From an uncultured Spirochaetota bacterium (GTDB lineage Bacteria > Spirochaetota > Spirochaetia > SZUA-6 > Fen-1364): a stretch of DNA of 64,000 nucleotides. Below, piece by piece: positions 1-10,740 of this stretch. The notes under the pieces are model-generated. The model was not told the DNA's origin. It saw only the letters and a list, made by a program, of their open reading frames with translations, and did no database searches. Each line of letters starts with the position of its first letter. Within the stretch, counting starts at the first letter, position 1. The stretch spans positions 36,404-100,403 of the forward strand of contig CAVTER010000010.1 in NCBI GenBank assembly GCA_963733835.1, in the 5' to 3' direction. The translations under genes and the position numbers were made by a program.

Positions 1-2328
1 CACGTCCTCGAGGTCCCGCTCGTTCCTGCGGGGGAGGATGACCGTGGTGAGCCCTGCCCGGTGCGCGGCGAGCACCTTCATCTTCACGCCGCCGATCGGC
101 AGCACCCTGCCGCGGAGGGTCACCTCTCCCGTCATTCCCACGCTGGCCTTGACCGGCCGGCCCGTGAAGAGGCTCGCGATCGCCATGGTCATCGCCACGC
201 CCGCCGAGGGGCCGTCCTTGGGAATCGCCCCCGCCGGCACGTGGACGTGCACGTCGGTCTGGCTGAAGGAATCGCCGTCGACGCCGAGCTCCGCGGCCTT
301 GGAGCGCACGTAGCTCAGCGCGATGCGCGCGCTTTCCCGCATCACGTCGCCGAGCTGGCCGGTGAGGGTGAACTCCCCCTTGCCCTTCATCCGGGTGGCC
401 TCGATGAACAGGATGTCGCCGCCCACGGGCGTCACGGCAAGGCCCGTGGCGATACCGGGGATCTCGATGGACTCCGAGCTCTCCGACTCGAACTTCTCCT
501 TGCGCAGCATGCTCGCGGACGACGTCGGGGGTGATCTGCCACGGCCGCGGCTCGCCCGCGCGGCGATCTTCGCCACCGTCTTGCGGCAGATGGCGCCGAT
601 CTGGCGCTCGAGGTTGCGCACGCCCGCCTCCCGCGTGTAGTCCTGCACGATCTTGCGCAGCGCCTCCTCGGTGAAGACGACCTCGCCCTCGCGCAGCCCG
701 TTCGCCGCGAGCTGGCGCTTCACCAGGTGCTCCTGGGCGATCTTCACCTTCTCGTGCTCGGTGTAGCCGTCGAGGTGGATGATCTCCATGCGGTCGCGCA
801 GCGGCGCGGGGATGGGCTCGAGCTGGTTGGCGGTGGTGACGAACATCACGTCGCTCAGGTCGAAGTCCACGTTGAGGTAGTGGTCGCGGAAGGTGCCGTT
901 CTGGGCGGGGTCGAGCACCTCCAGCAGCGCGCTGGAGGGGTCGCCCCTCCAGTCGCTTCCCACCTTGTCGATCTCGTCCAGCATGAACACGGGGTTGCGC
1001 GTGCCGGCCCGCTTGATGGCCTGCATGACCCTCCCCGGCATGGAGCCGATGTACGTGCGGCGGTGCCCGCGGATCTCCGCCTCGTCGCGCATGCCCCCGA
1101 GGCTCATGCGCGTGAACTTGCGGCCGAGGGCGCGGGCGATGCTCTGCCCGAGGGAGGTCTTGCCGACGCCCGGGGGGCCCGACGAAGCAGAGGATGGCGC
1201 CCATGGCCCGGCCGGTCTTGCCGTCCTCGGTCTTGTCTCCTCTGGATGCCCGCGCTCCTTGAAGAGCTTCCGCACGGCCAGGAACTCGATGATCCGGTCC
1301 TTGACCTCCTGCAGGTCGTAGTGGTCCTCGTCGAGCACGCGGCGGGCGTTCGACGACGTCGAGCTGGTCCTCGCTCATCGTGCTCCAGGGCAGCTCGACC
1401 ATCCAGTCGAGGTAGGTCTTGATCATCGAGTACTCGGGAGACTGCGCCGACATGCCCGCCAGGCGCTTCAGCTCCCGCTCGGCTTCCTTCTTCGCTTCCT
1501 CGGGAAGGTTCGCCTTCGCCAGCTTCTCCGCTGTACTCGTCGGCGACGGAGGACGTCCTCGTCGATCTCGCCCAGCTCCTTCTGGATGGCCTTCATCTGC
1601 TGGCGCAGGAAGTACTCGCGCTGGTCCTTCTCCATCTCCTCCTTCGCCTCGGACCTGATCTTCTGCCCGAGGCTGAGCACCTCCTTCTGGTGCCCGAGGT
1701 GCATGACCAGCGCCCGCAGCTTCTCCTTGATCGAGTCGATCTCGAGGAGCTTCTGCGCGTCCGGGCGCCTCGAGCTGGCTGTTGGCGGCGACGAGGTACG
1801 CGAGGTAGCGGGGATCGGTCACCGTGGCCAGGAACTCGGCGGCCTCGTTGGGGATGTTCGGGGAGAGCTGCACGACCTCGCGCCCAGGTCCTTGAGGTTC
1901 CGCATCAGCGCCTCGATCTCCAGGTCGGTCTCGACGGTCTCGGCGGCGAGGGCCACCCGCGCGCGCAGGTGGGACTCCGAGGCGATCCAGTGGAGGACGC
2001 GGATCCGCTCGAGGCCCTGCACCACCACCTGCAGGTGTCCCGTCGTGCGCCCGCGCACGACCCGGAGGATGCGGGCCATCGTCCCCATCTCGTGCACCTG
2101 GCCGGGCAGGGGCTCCTCGACGCGTCGGGTCCTTCGAGCTGAGAGAGGCCCGACGAGGCTGTCGCCCTGCATGGCCTCTTCCACGAGCTTCACCGACCGG
2201 GGAATCCCCACGGCGAGGGGAAGGACGGAGAAGGGGAACGCGACTGCGTTCCGAAGGGGCAGGATCGGGAGCTCATTCGGCATCTGCTCAGCGGCATCTG
2301 TATTGCGAGGCTTCAGGAGGTTTGCCAT
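1..2328 (-). CDS. lon: ATP-dependent Lon protease (endopeptidase La); runs off the window edge, several apparent frameshifts
   Basis: N-term [14 protein letters not shown] (LON domain); [18 protein letters not shown]; minus-strand Walker [58 protein letters not shown]. Confidence 0.93.
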
Positions 2329-2382
2329 GTACTTGCGCCATCCTTTCATGCCCAAAAGATAACGTTGGTTCCCGGAAGCGCC

Positions 2383-2413
2383 AAACGACCCAGCTGTGTC
2401 AAAACGACCCAGC
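2383..2413. promoter_or_regulatory. 12-bp direct repeat AAACGACCCAGC x2 in the lon/SDR divergent intergenic region
   Basis: Exact copies at 2383-2394 and 2402-2413; a minus-strand TTGACA (2397-2402) lies between them, touching the second copy. Confidence 0.5.
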
Positions 2414-2460
2414 GGCGACCGGGTATTCGGGACCGAGGGAAGCAGGTATGATCGGCGTCG

Positions 2461-3261
2461 ATGCGGCACTACCTCGTCACGGGGGCGGGAGGCGGGCTGG
2501 GCGCGAGCGTGACCCGGTTGCTCAGCGGGGAGGGATGCACCGTGTTCGCAGCCGACAGCAGCGCAGCGGCGCTTTCCGCTCTTCGTGGAGAAACCGGCGT
2601 CATCACGGTGCGCATGGACGTGACCTCGGGACGCGACGTCGCGCGGGCCCGCCGCGCGGTGAGCCGCCGCACGGGCTCGCTGGACGCTATCGTCACCTGC
2701 GCGGGGATCTTCCGCGGGGGACCCCTTGTCGAGGCGGCCGAGTCGGACATGCAGGCTGCACTCGACGTCAACGTGATGGGGGCCTTCCGGGTCGTGCGGG
2801 AGTTCTTCCCGCTCCTGTCGAAGCCGGGCGGGCGGGTGGTTCTCATCGGCTCGGAGGTTTCGCGCTGCGCGATGCCCTTCACCGGCCCGTACACGGTGAG
2901 CAAGTGCGCCCTGGACGCCTACGCCGACGTGCTGCGCCGTGAGCTCATGTTCGCCGGCATCCGCGTGGCGGTGGTGCAGCCCGGTTCCATGCGCACGGCC
3001 CTCCTCGGTGCGGCGGGGGACGCGATGAGGCGCTCCCAGCGCGCGACCGCGTTCGGTCCCCAGCTCACGCGGGTCTGGCCGATCCTCTCGAAGGAAGCGG
3101 ACAGGGGGATGGACCCCGCCCGCGCCGCCCGGGTCGTGGTGCGCGCACTGCGGGCCCGGCGGCCCCGGCCCTTTTCCCGCGTGGGCAACAACGCCCTGCG
3201 GGCGACGCTGGGCCTGCTCCCCCGCGGTGTCGTCGACCTGTTCGTCCGGTGTTTCATGTGA
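2461..3261 (+). CDS. SDR family NAD(P)-dependent oxidoreductase
   Basis: TGAGGGLG, CAGI, YTVSK (YxxxK), QPGSMRT. Confidence 0.9.
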   Translation: MRHYLVTGAGGGLGASVTRLLSGEGCTVFAADSSAAALSALRGETGVITVRMDVTSGRDVARARRAVSRRTGSLDAIVTCAGIFRGGPLVEAAESDMQAALDVNVMGAFRVVREFFPLLSKPGGRVVLIGSEVSRCAMPFTGPYTVSKCALDAYADVLRRELMFAGIRVAVVQPGSMRTALLGAAGDAMRRSQRATAFGPQLTRVWPILSKEADRGMDPARAARVVVRALRARRPRPFSRVGNNALRATLGLLPRGVVDLFVRCFM

Positions 3262-3272
3262 GGAGGGTATTC

Positions 3273-3578
3273 ATGCGCACTGTTTCCGTGATTGTCCTTG
3301 CCGTCTTCGCGCTCGTGCTGCTGGCAGGGTGCGCGCCCGGGCCCAACGAGATGCGGGGCAGCGCCGGCGCATCGGGGGTCGTGGCAGGCTTCTGGCGCGG
3401 GCTGTGGAACGGGATCATCTCGCCGGTGACCTTCATCATCTCGCTGTTCACACCGAAGGTGCAGATGTACGACGTGCACAACAACGGCGGCTGGTACAAC
3501 TTCGGCTTCCTGTTCGGCGTGAGCATCGTCTTCGGCGGCAGCGCCGGGGGCGCGGGGGCGCGCAGGCGCAGGTCGTAG
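3273..3578 (+). CDS. Small membrane lipoprotein, conserved hypothetical type
   Basis: RBS GGAGG; lipobox LLAGC; GFWRGLWNGII...NNGGWYNFGF. Confidence 0.8.
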   Translation: MRTVSVIVLAVFALVLLAGCAPGPNEMRGSAGASGVVAGFWRGLWNGIISPVTFIISLFTPKVQMYDVHNNGGWYNFGFLFGVSIVFGGSAGGAGARRRRS

Positions 3579-3590
3579 AGCAATCGGGAG

Positions 3591-3630
3591 GGGGGACCGA
3601 GGGTCCTGACCTCGGTGCCCCGTTCCCTTT
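3591..3630 (+). terminator. Putative intrinsic terminator hairpin
   Basis: ACCGAGG...CCTCGGT stem followed by TTCCCTTT after the lipoprotein stop. Confidence 0.4.
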
Positions 3631-3658
3631 CGCCCCGGGACGTGGCAGTATAGCGGCC

Positions 3659-4483
3659 ATGCAGGAAGAGGTCCGCTACCACATGCTCAGGCCCGCGCAG
3701 GTGCGTGCGCGGCGCGAGGCCTGCCCCGTGCTCTACGTTCCCGTCGGCACCATCGAATGGCACGGCCCGCACAACCCGCTGGGCGCCGACACCCTCCAGG
3801 CCGAGGGGCTTGCCGTCCTGTGCGCCAGGAAGGGCGGCGGCCTGGTGTTCCCCTCGCTGTACTACGGGGAGAGCAGGAGCGAGTCGCTCATGGAGGCCAA
3901 CGCCGAGGACCGGGAGAAGATCGCCGAGGCCATGGGGCTCTCGCCGGACAACTTCCTCCCCGAACGCCAGCCGTTCACGCCCACCGAGCAGGTGCTGAAC
4001 TACCAGAAGCTGCTCCTGCACATCCTCGCCGAGGCCGAGACTCTGGGATTCCGCCTGGGGGTGCTCGTGCCCGGGCACTACCCCCTCATCGACCATGCCC
4101 GGGCGGCGGTGCTGCTGTTCAACCAGAGGCGCTTCAGCAAGCGCCAGGGGATGCTCGCCTGGGCCTGCATCGATTACCTGCCCCTGCGCGACAGCTACCC
4201 CGAGGCCGGCGACCACGCGGCGGGCTGGGAGACCTCGCACCTCATGGCGCTGCACCCCGAGACGGTGGACCTGTCCACGCTTCCCCCGAAGGGCCAGCCG
4301 CTGGTCGGGATCATGCAGAAGATGGCCCCGCAGGATGCGACGCCCGAGTTCGGCAGGAAGATCCTGGAGGAGTCGGCGGGGCTGATCGTGAAGGAAGTGC
4401 AGCACAGGCTCGCGCACCGCGAGCTGTACCGGCCCCACGGGCAGAGCCTCGACGAGGGCCTGTGGAGGAAGGAAGAGCGCTGA
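3659..4483 (+). CDS. Creatininase family protein
   Basis: PVGTIEWHGPHNPLGADT and GDHAAGWETS motifs. Confidence 0.85.
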   Translation: MQEEVRYHMLRPAQVRARREACPVLYVPVGTIEWHGPHNPLGADTLQAEGLAVLCARKGGGLVFPSLYYGESRSESLMEANAEDREKIAEAMGLSPDNFLPERQPFTPTEQVLNYQKLLLHILAEAETLGFRLGVLVPGHYPLIDHARAAVLLFNQRRFSKRQGMLAWACIDYLPLRDSYPEAGDHAAGWETSHLMALHPETVDLSTLPPKGQPLVGIMQKMAPQDATPEFGRKILEESAGLIVKEVQHRLAHRELYRPHGQSLDEGLWRKEER

Positions 4484-4519
4484 CGGGGTCGGCCGAGAGG
4501 ACCGGCGAGCGCCCCCGGG

Positions 4520-5436
4520 CTAGACCTCGAGGGTCGCGCCTTCCCTGGCCACGGAGACGGTGAGCGAGGTCTTTCCCTCCATGGCCCGCGTGTAGGCGCG
4601 CGCGAGCGCGGTGAGCTCGCTGTCGGTGCGAAGCGGGTCGTGGTGGAACAGCACGAGGTGCTTCACGCCGGCCTTGTGGGCCGCGTTGATCGCCGCCTCG
4701 AAGGTGCTGTGACCCCAGCCCTTCTTCTTCTGGTATTCCTTCATCGTGTACTGCGTGTCGTGCACGAGCAGGTCCGCTCCCTGGAAGAAGCGGGAGACCT
4801 TCTCGTTCTCTTCCCGCGCGGCGAGCTCCCCCTCCCGCGTCACCTCGGGATCGTAGCCCGGCTGGCCGGGTTCCATCTGGAACACGTTCTGGAACGTCTC
4901 GTGATCGTAGGCCGTGCAGAAGACCCTGCCGCGGTACTCGAACCTGTAGCCCAGCACGAGGATGGGGTGATTGAGGTACTTCGTCGTGACGGTGAGCCCC
5001 CCGCCGAGGTCCCGCGTGCCTTCCTTCAGCTCGAGGTAGGTGATGTCGGCCTGCAGCTCCTCCTGGCGCACGGGGAAGTAGCGGTAGCTGAGCTGGGCCC
5101 CCACGATGGTGTCCAGCTTGTCTTCCTCGTAGGTGACGGGCCCGCAGATTTCCAGCGTCGTGCCGGGGATGTAGATGGGCGTGAAGAACGGGAAGCCCAT
5201 GATGTGGTCCCAGTGCGTGTGGGAGAGGAAGATGGTCGTGCGGATGGGGCCTTTCGGGAGGTCGCTCTTCAGCAGCGAGTCTCCCAGCGGGCGGATCCCC
5301 GAGCCGGCGTCGATGATGATGAGCCTGTTCTCGTCGCCCACCCGCAGCTCCAGGCACGCCGTGTTGCCGCCGTAGCGCACCGTGGCCGGCCCGGGCAGGG
5401 GATGGAGCCCCGCACGCCCCAGAAGGTGACGCGCAT
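4520..5436 (-). CDS. MBL-fold metallo-hydrolase (phosphodiesterase-like); 1-nt indel near 5390
   Basis: MRVTFWGVRGSIPCPG, YGGNTAC, DAGSG, HTHWDH, WGHS, LFHHDP. Confidence 0.9.
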
Positions 5437-5448
5437 CCCCGCGGGCAT

Positions 5449-6321
5449 CTACTCCGACACCTTGAGGAAGATCTTCGCCTTCTCGATCTCCCTGTTCACG
5501 CTGTCTTCCATCGCCTCGATGTCGTCGAAGCTGACAGACAGCTCCCCGAGCACCTCGGGGGCGAGCTTCTGGGGGTAGCGGTCGCCCGAAAAGCCGATCT
5601 GGGAGATGTTGGCGAAGTGGTTGGCGGCCGCCACGGTGAGCACGATGTCCCTGTTGGCCCCGGGGTAGGAGTCGAGGAAATGGTGGAAGAACACCACGTC
5701 CTCCATCACCGGGCCGAGGTTCCAGCTCTTGATGATCAGCCGGCCCACCTCGCAGTGGTTCACGTCCATGGTGCGCTCCTCGGTGAGGAACAGCGGCAGC
5801 CGCTCCCTCTCCGTGAGCGCCATGGCCTCCACGTACTCGGCGGACATCTTGTTGTTGAGAGGAATCTTGCCCACGTCGTGCAGCAGGCCCGCCACGAAGT
5901 ATTCCTCCAGGAGCTTGGGGTCGCGCTTCCTCTTTGTCGCGACGAGCTTGGCCGTGACCCCGACGCACAGCGAGTGGCGCCAGAACCCGTCGATGTTGAG
6001 GGCCTGGAAGTCGCCCTTCCGGGTCAGGTTTCCCAGGACAGCCGTGGACAGCGCGAGGTTCTTCACCGTGTTGATACCCAGCATGATGATCGCCCGCACG
6101 AGGGAGGTGATCTGGTTGGGAAGGCTGTAGTAGGCCGAGTTGATCAGCTTCATCACGCGGCCCATGAGGACCGGGTCCAGGCTGATCACCTGGTTCAGGT
6201 CGGCGGGCGAGGTGCGAGGGTCGTTGCAGATCTGCAGGATCTTCGACACCGTGATGGGCAGGCTGGGCATCCGGTTGATGTAGCCCTGGATGATCGCGAG
6301 GGTCCTGTCCTTTTCCTCCAT
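5449..6321 (-). CDS. HDOD domain protein
   Basis: MPSLP, DPVLMGRVMKLINSAYY, FWRHSL, GLLHDVGK, NHCEVG. Confidence 0.92.
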   Translation of the reverse strand: MEEKDRTLAIIQGYINRMPSLPITVSKILQICNDPRTSPADLNQVISLDPVLMGRVMKLINSAYYSLPNQITSLVRAIIMLGINTVKNLALSTAVLGNLTRKGDFQALNIDGFWRHSLCVGVTAKLVATKRKRDPKLLEEYFVAGLLHDVGKIPLNNKMSAEYVEAMALTERERLPLFLTEERTMDVNHCEVGRLIIKSWNLGPVMEDVVFFHHFLDSYPGANRDIVLTVAAANHFANISQIGFSGDRYPQKLAPEVLGELSVSFDDIEAMEDSVNREIEKAKIFLKVSE

Positions 6322-6323
6322 GC

Positions 6324-9171
6324 CTATCCCGTTCTCCCCAGTCGTGCGATCAGAGAATCCAGCCGCTCCCTCATGGCGGCGCCGACCGTCCTGTCCGGCA
6401 GCCACCCCGTGAGGTCCTTGAGGTAGGAGAAGGTGTCGACGATGCGCGGCCTGCTCAGCGGGGCGGGTGCCGCAGCCGCCGGCCGGTACTTTCGCGACAC
6501 GGACTCCCGCAGCCCCTTTGTCCCCGCCAGGCGCGCCTTGAGCGACTCGATGGCGAGGCGCTGGCTGCTCGCCCGGAAGACTCTCCTGTCCCGCTCCGGC
6601 AGATACTCGGACAGATTCTCCAGATAGTCAAGCAGATCGTGCGGCCCGGTCGGGGCGGGCGGGGTGCCGCGCGGGAGCGCCGGCGCTCCGAGCTTTTCGC
6701 GCACGCCGTCGAGGTAGTCGCGCAGCTGCTGGCGCACCTCCTCGCCGCCCCTCCTGTCGCTCTTTCTCCTGTCTCCCCTGCGCCTGTCCTCCGCGCGTCG
6801 GTCCTCCGCCCGCCGATCCTCGGCCCGTCGGCCCCCTGCGCGCCGGTCCTGGCCGGGTTCGGGCGCCTGCCCGGCCGGGGCGGGCTGCCCCTTGAGCGCG
6901 GGCTCCACCTGCTCGAGCGCCTCCTCGACGCTCACCTCTTCCTGCGCCGGGGCCGGCTGCCCGGGGCTTCCGCGACGGGGAGCGCCGCGAGCTGGCGCAG
7001 GTCGAGGGTGACGGGGATGACCGACGGCGGCTGGCGGCTGTCGACCTTGCGAGACAGCTCGCGTATCTCGTCGAACAGCCTGTCGACCACCCTGCGCTGC
7101 GCTTCGACCGACTCGCGCAGGCTCTGCGCGAGGACGCCCTCGCCCTGCGGCGACAGCGGCGCGGCCTGCGCCGCGGGGGCGGCGGCAACCGTCTGCGGGA
7201 TGAACTGGGGCACCGGGATGGACAGCGGGATGGGCAGCGGGGTCGGCTGCAGCGACGGTCGGGCCTGCGCGCCCGCTGCTTCCGCCGCGGACGGAAGGGG
7301 CGGCTGCTCGCGCAGGGCCTCCAGGGCGGGGTTCTCCTCGTACAGCTCCTGGTCCTTGAGGAGGTTGACGAGGTTGGGCGGCCGCTCGTCCTCGATGTGG
7401 ATCGTCTCGTCCTGGACCTGCTCGTCCGCCTCCTCGAGCTGGAGCTCCTCGTCCTGCTCGCGCACCGCGAAGACCGGCTCCATGCCGCCGACGTTGATGA
7501 TGGGCACGGCGTCCTCTTCCAGCGCGCTCCTCCATGAGCAGGGAGTCCTCGTCGTCGGCGGCCGTGGCTCGCGGGGTGGTGTCGGCGGCCATCTCGCGCA
7601 GCTTGCGGATGGTCTTCTCCCGCTCCTCGCGGAAGTCCTTCTCGTGCTCGGAGACGCGCCTGTCTCGTACTCTTCCATGCGCCGCGGCAAGGGCGTCGAT
7701 GTCCGGCGGCGTCGCCGCTTCTCTCGAGCACGTTGATGAGGCCTTCCATCGTCTCGATGGCCTTCTGGGGCTCGCCCAGCTCCCGGTACAGGCGGGCAAG
7801 CTTGGTGCGGGCGTCCGGGTCGTCGGGGTTGGCGTCGAGCGATCTCGCGCAGGGTCTGCGCCGACTGCCGGGGCAGGCCCTGCTTCGCGAACAGGTCGGC
7901 CAGGAGGATGCGGGCCCGCGCTGTCCTCGGGGTGCGGCCGCGAGGTAGCGCTCGACCTCCGCCTGGGCCTTCTGGTGCTGGCCTGCCTCCGTCCACAGCA
8001 GGGCGAGGTCGAGGCGGAAGTCCTGGTCGGCGAACCCCGGCAGCCTCGAGCTTCTGGAAGCAGTCCAGGGCCCGCGGCCTTGCGCCCGACTTTCCACTGG
8101 GCGCGGGCCAGGCCCAGCAGCGCCCCGGGTGTGCGCGGGGTCGGCCGCCAGCACCGCCTCGTACTGCTCCACCGCCTCGGGGTAGTTCTCGAGGGACGCG
8201 AGGATGGCGCCCAGGCGCAGGCGCGCGTCCGTGTTGGCGGGCTCCAGGCGGATGAGCCTGCGCAGCTCCTCGATCGCCTCGGTGAACCGGCCGTCCTGCT
8301 CGAGCAGCGACGGCGAGGTTCGACGACGGCCTGACCGTAGCGGGGATTCGGCCTTCACCGCCTCGCGGTAGGCCTGCGCCGCCTCCTCGCGCCTGCCCTG
8401 GGCGGCGAGGACCACGCCGAGGTTGTTGAGCGCCCGGGCGTTGCGCGGCTCGGCGCGCAGCACGTCGCGCAGCGCCTTCTCGGCGGCCCGCTCGTCGCCC
8501 AGCCTGTGCAGGACCACCCCGAGGTTGTTGAGCGCGTCTGCCCAGCTGGGCTTGAGCCGCACCGCCGCCTCGTACTCCTCGCGCGCCTGCGGCGAGCTTT
8601 CCCAGCCGCTCGTAGGCGACGCCGAGGTTGTAGTGCAGGCGGGGCTGGTTCGCGTCGACCTGCAGGCCCTTCTGGTAGACGCGCACGGCGTCGCCGAACC
8701 GACCCTGCGCCTCGAGCACCGTGCCGAGGTTGATGTACGACGGGCACGAAGCCGGGGTCCACGGCGATGGCCTTCTGGAAGTTCTCCTCGGCCGCGCCGT
8801 GTTGCCGAGCGCCTTGTAGACGTTGCCGAGGTTGTAGTACAGGTCGCCGCGGTCCGGGGCGAGGTCGATGGCCTTCTCGAGGTGCGGGATGGCCTCGCCG
8901 TACGCCTCCATCCGCTTGAGGATGACGCCGAGGTTGTTGTGGCTCTCGCGGCAGTCGGGCTTGATGCTCCACGGCCTTCTGGAACAGCTCGATCGCCTTG
9001 CGGAACCGGGCGGTCCGCTCGCAGACGCTGCCCAGCAGGTTGTAGGCGACGGCCGATTCGGGCTCGCTCTCGAGGATGCGCAGCGCCAGCTTCTCCACCA
9101 GCGGGTACTCGCCCATCTTGAAGGCGTTGCGCGCCCGGGTGAGGATCTCGCCGGTCGTCATCGATCTTCAT
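6324..9171 (-). CDS. Large tetratricopeptide-repeat protein with acidic/Pro-rich linker and Arg-rich repeats; frameshifted
   Basis: Many TPRs (YNLGNVY, YINLG, LNNLGVV) across frames; C-terminal YLENLSEYLP / YLKDLTGWLP. Confidence 0.8.
6744..6848 (-). repeat. Seven 15-nt / 5-aa units encoding (D/G)RRxx
   Basis: DRRAG GRRAE DRRAE DRRAE DRRRG DRRKS DRRGG, in frame with ORF 6324..7799. Confidence 0.85.
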
Positions 9172-10697
9172 TGGTAGATCCTCGAGGGACGGGCGCTCGA
9201 CCTCGGCGGAGAAGGGGCTCTGCTGCCGGGGCTCCGCCCCGTCGTAGGCGGCGACGGCGAAGTAGTAGAGGCGTGCCGTTGTCGAGGCCGCCGATCTCGA
9301 TGCGCGTGGCGTCGCCCGCGTCGATGGGCGAGTCCCCTGGGCGGCCCCGTCGCCGAGGAGCTGTGCGGGGCGCTGCCGTAGTAGACCACGTAGCCCTTCA
9401 CGCTCGGGATCGTCGACTCTGCGCCAGCTGAGGGTGACCTTCCCGTTGCCCGGCTGTCGCCGTGACGCCCGCCGGGGGCACGGGCGGGAGGTGGGCTCGT
9501 ACACGACGCGGATGCTGGACACGCGGGGCGTGCGGGTGCGCGTCCCGTCGGGGAACAGCTCGACCATGCAGCTGGATCCAGCGGCCCCGCACGCCGTCCC
9601 CGCAGGTCCCCCGGGGCGCAAGGGCACCCAGTCGGTCTCTGTCTCCGAGGATGCGCGGGCTGGTCCAGGAGTCGGAGACCTGGTACGAGAGCTCGACGGC
9701 CGAGTCGCCCGGCGCGCTGGTGCACCGTCTCGATGCGCAGGATGCGCGTGCCGGAGAAACCGAGGTCGAGGATGCTGCGAGACCGCCGTGCCCGTCCGCC
9801 CCAGGAAGCGCTGCGAGCGACGGGGTCTTCGACGAACCTGCGCGAGACGCGAAGCTCGTCGAGGAACCCCGTGAACCCGGCCCCGACGAACCAGCGGGCC
9901 CGCGTGCGCCGTGCCGATCTCGGCACGGCGACGGGGTCCCCGCCCTCGCGTCCCGTGTCGGTGATCCAGGCGATGGCCTCGACCACGCCGTCGAGCGCGT
10001 ACTCGAGCATCCCGGCCGGGCGTCGAAGCGCAGCAGGTGGTGGTGCCAGGCCCGGGGCAGGAGCTGGCGGATGCCCGTCAGCGCGCACGGGCAGCCGCTC
10101 CTGCCCGCGGGAGAGCGAAGAGCTCCGCGAACTCCCAGACCAGCCGGCGGTCGCGCAGCCGCACGCGCAGGGCCTGGGGCAGCCGCGTCCCGCTCTCGCG
10201 CAGGCCGCCTTCCCACGACAGCACGGTCTCGCCGTTGGCGAGCGTCGCGGGGTACAGCCAGAACTCGATGGTGAAGTCCTCCCAAGCGGCGCCGGGGCTG
10301 AAGAGGGATCCCGGCGGCGCCCGCAGGGCGATGCCCCGCCGGCAGGCCGTGGAAAGCGGCGCCGCCCCGCCCATGGCCGCCACGGATCCGGTGACGGACG
10401 GCTCGCGCCCGTCGAACTCGCCAGGCGCCCGCCGCGTCGCCCTGCGGCAGGCCGGTCGAAGTGGAACAGCATCTCGGTCGAGCGGTCGACCGCGTATTCG
10501 CCCTGAGCGAGAGAACGAGGTCCTGGAACCCCCACCGGCCGGGCACGGAGACCACGCCATCGAGGCTGCGCATGTCGCGCCACAGCCTGTCCCTGCCCAG
10601 TTCGAGCGCTTCTCGGCGGCCGCGGAGCGCCGCCGGGGCGAGGCAGAGCAGGCAGAAAGCGAGAACGGCGGACAAGCGTATTCCGTTTCCGTACCAT
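9168..10697 (-). CDS. Secreted LamG/concanavalin-like + fibronectin III domain protein; frameshifted
   Basis: Signal peptide (AVLAFCLLCLAPAA); DFTIEFWLYP, WHHHLLRFD, FTGFLDELRVS; FN3-like GKVTLSW, VKGYVVYYG, YYFAVAAYD. Confidence 0.7.
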   Translation of the reverse strand: MVRKRNTLVRRSRFLPALPRPGGAPRPPRSARTGQGQAVARHAQPRWRGLRARPVGVPGPRSLAQGEYAVDRSTEMLFHFDRPAAGRRGGRLASSTGASRPSPDPWRPWAGRRRFPRPAGGASPCGRRRDPSSAPAPLGRTSPSSSGCTPRRSPTARPCCRGKAACARAGRGCPRPCACGCATAGWSGSSRSSSLSRGQERLPVRADGHPPAPAPGLAPPPAALRRPAGMLEYALDGVVEAIAWITDTGREGGDPVAVPRSARRTRARWFVGAGFTGFLDELRVSRRFVEDPVARSASWGGRARRSRSILDLGFSGTRILRIETVHQRAGRLGRRALVPGLRLLDQPAHPRRQRPTGCPCAPGDLRGRRAGPLDPAAWSSCSPTGRAPARPACPASASCTSPPPARAPGGRHGDSRATGRSPSAGAESTIPSVKGYVVYYGSAPHSSSATGPPRGLAHRRGRRHAHRDRRPRQRHASTTSPSPPTTGRSPGSRAPSPPRSSARPSRIYQ

Positions 10698-10740
10698 CAA
10701 GATGTACATTCTATTATATTCGGCAGGTGGGGCAATTCCA

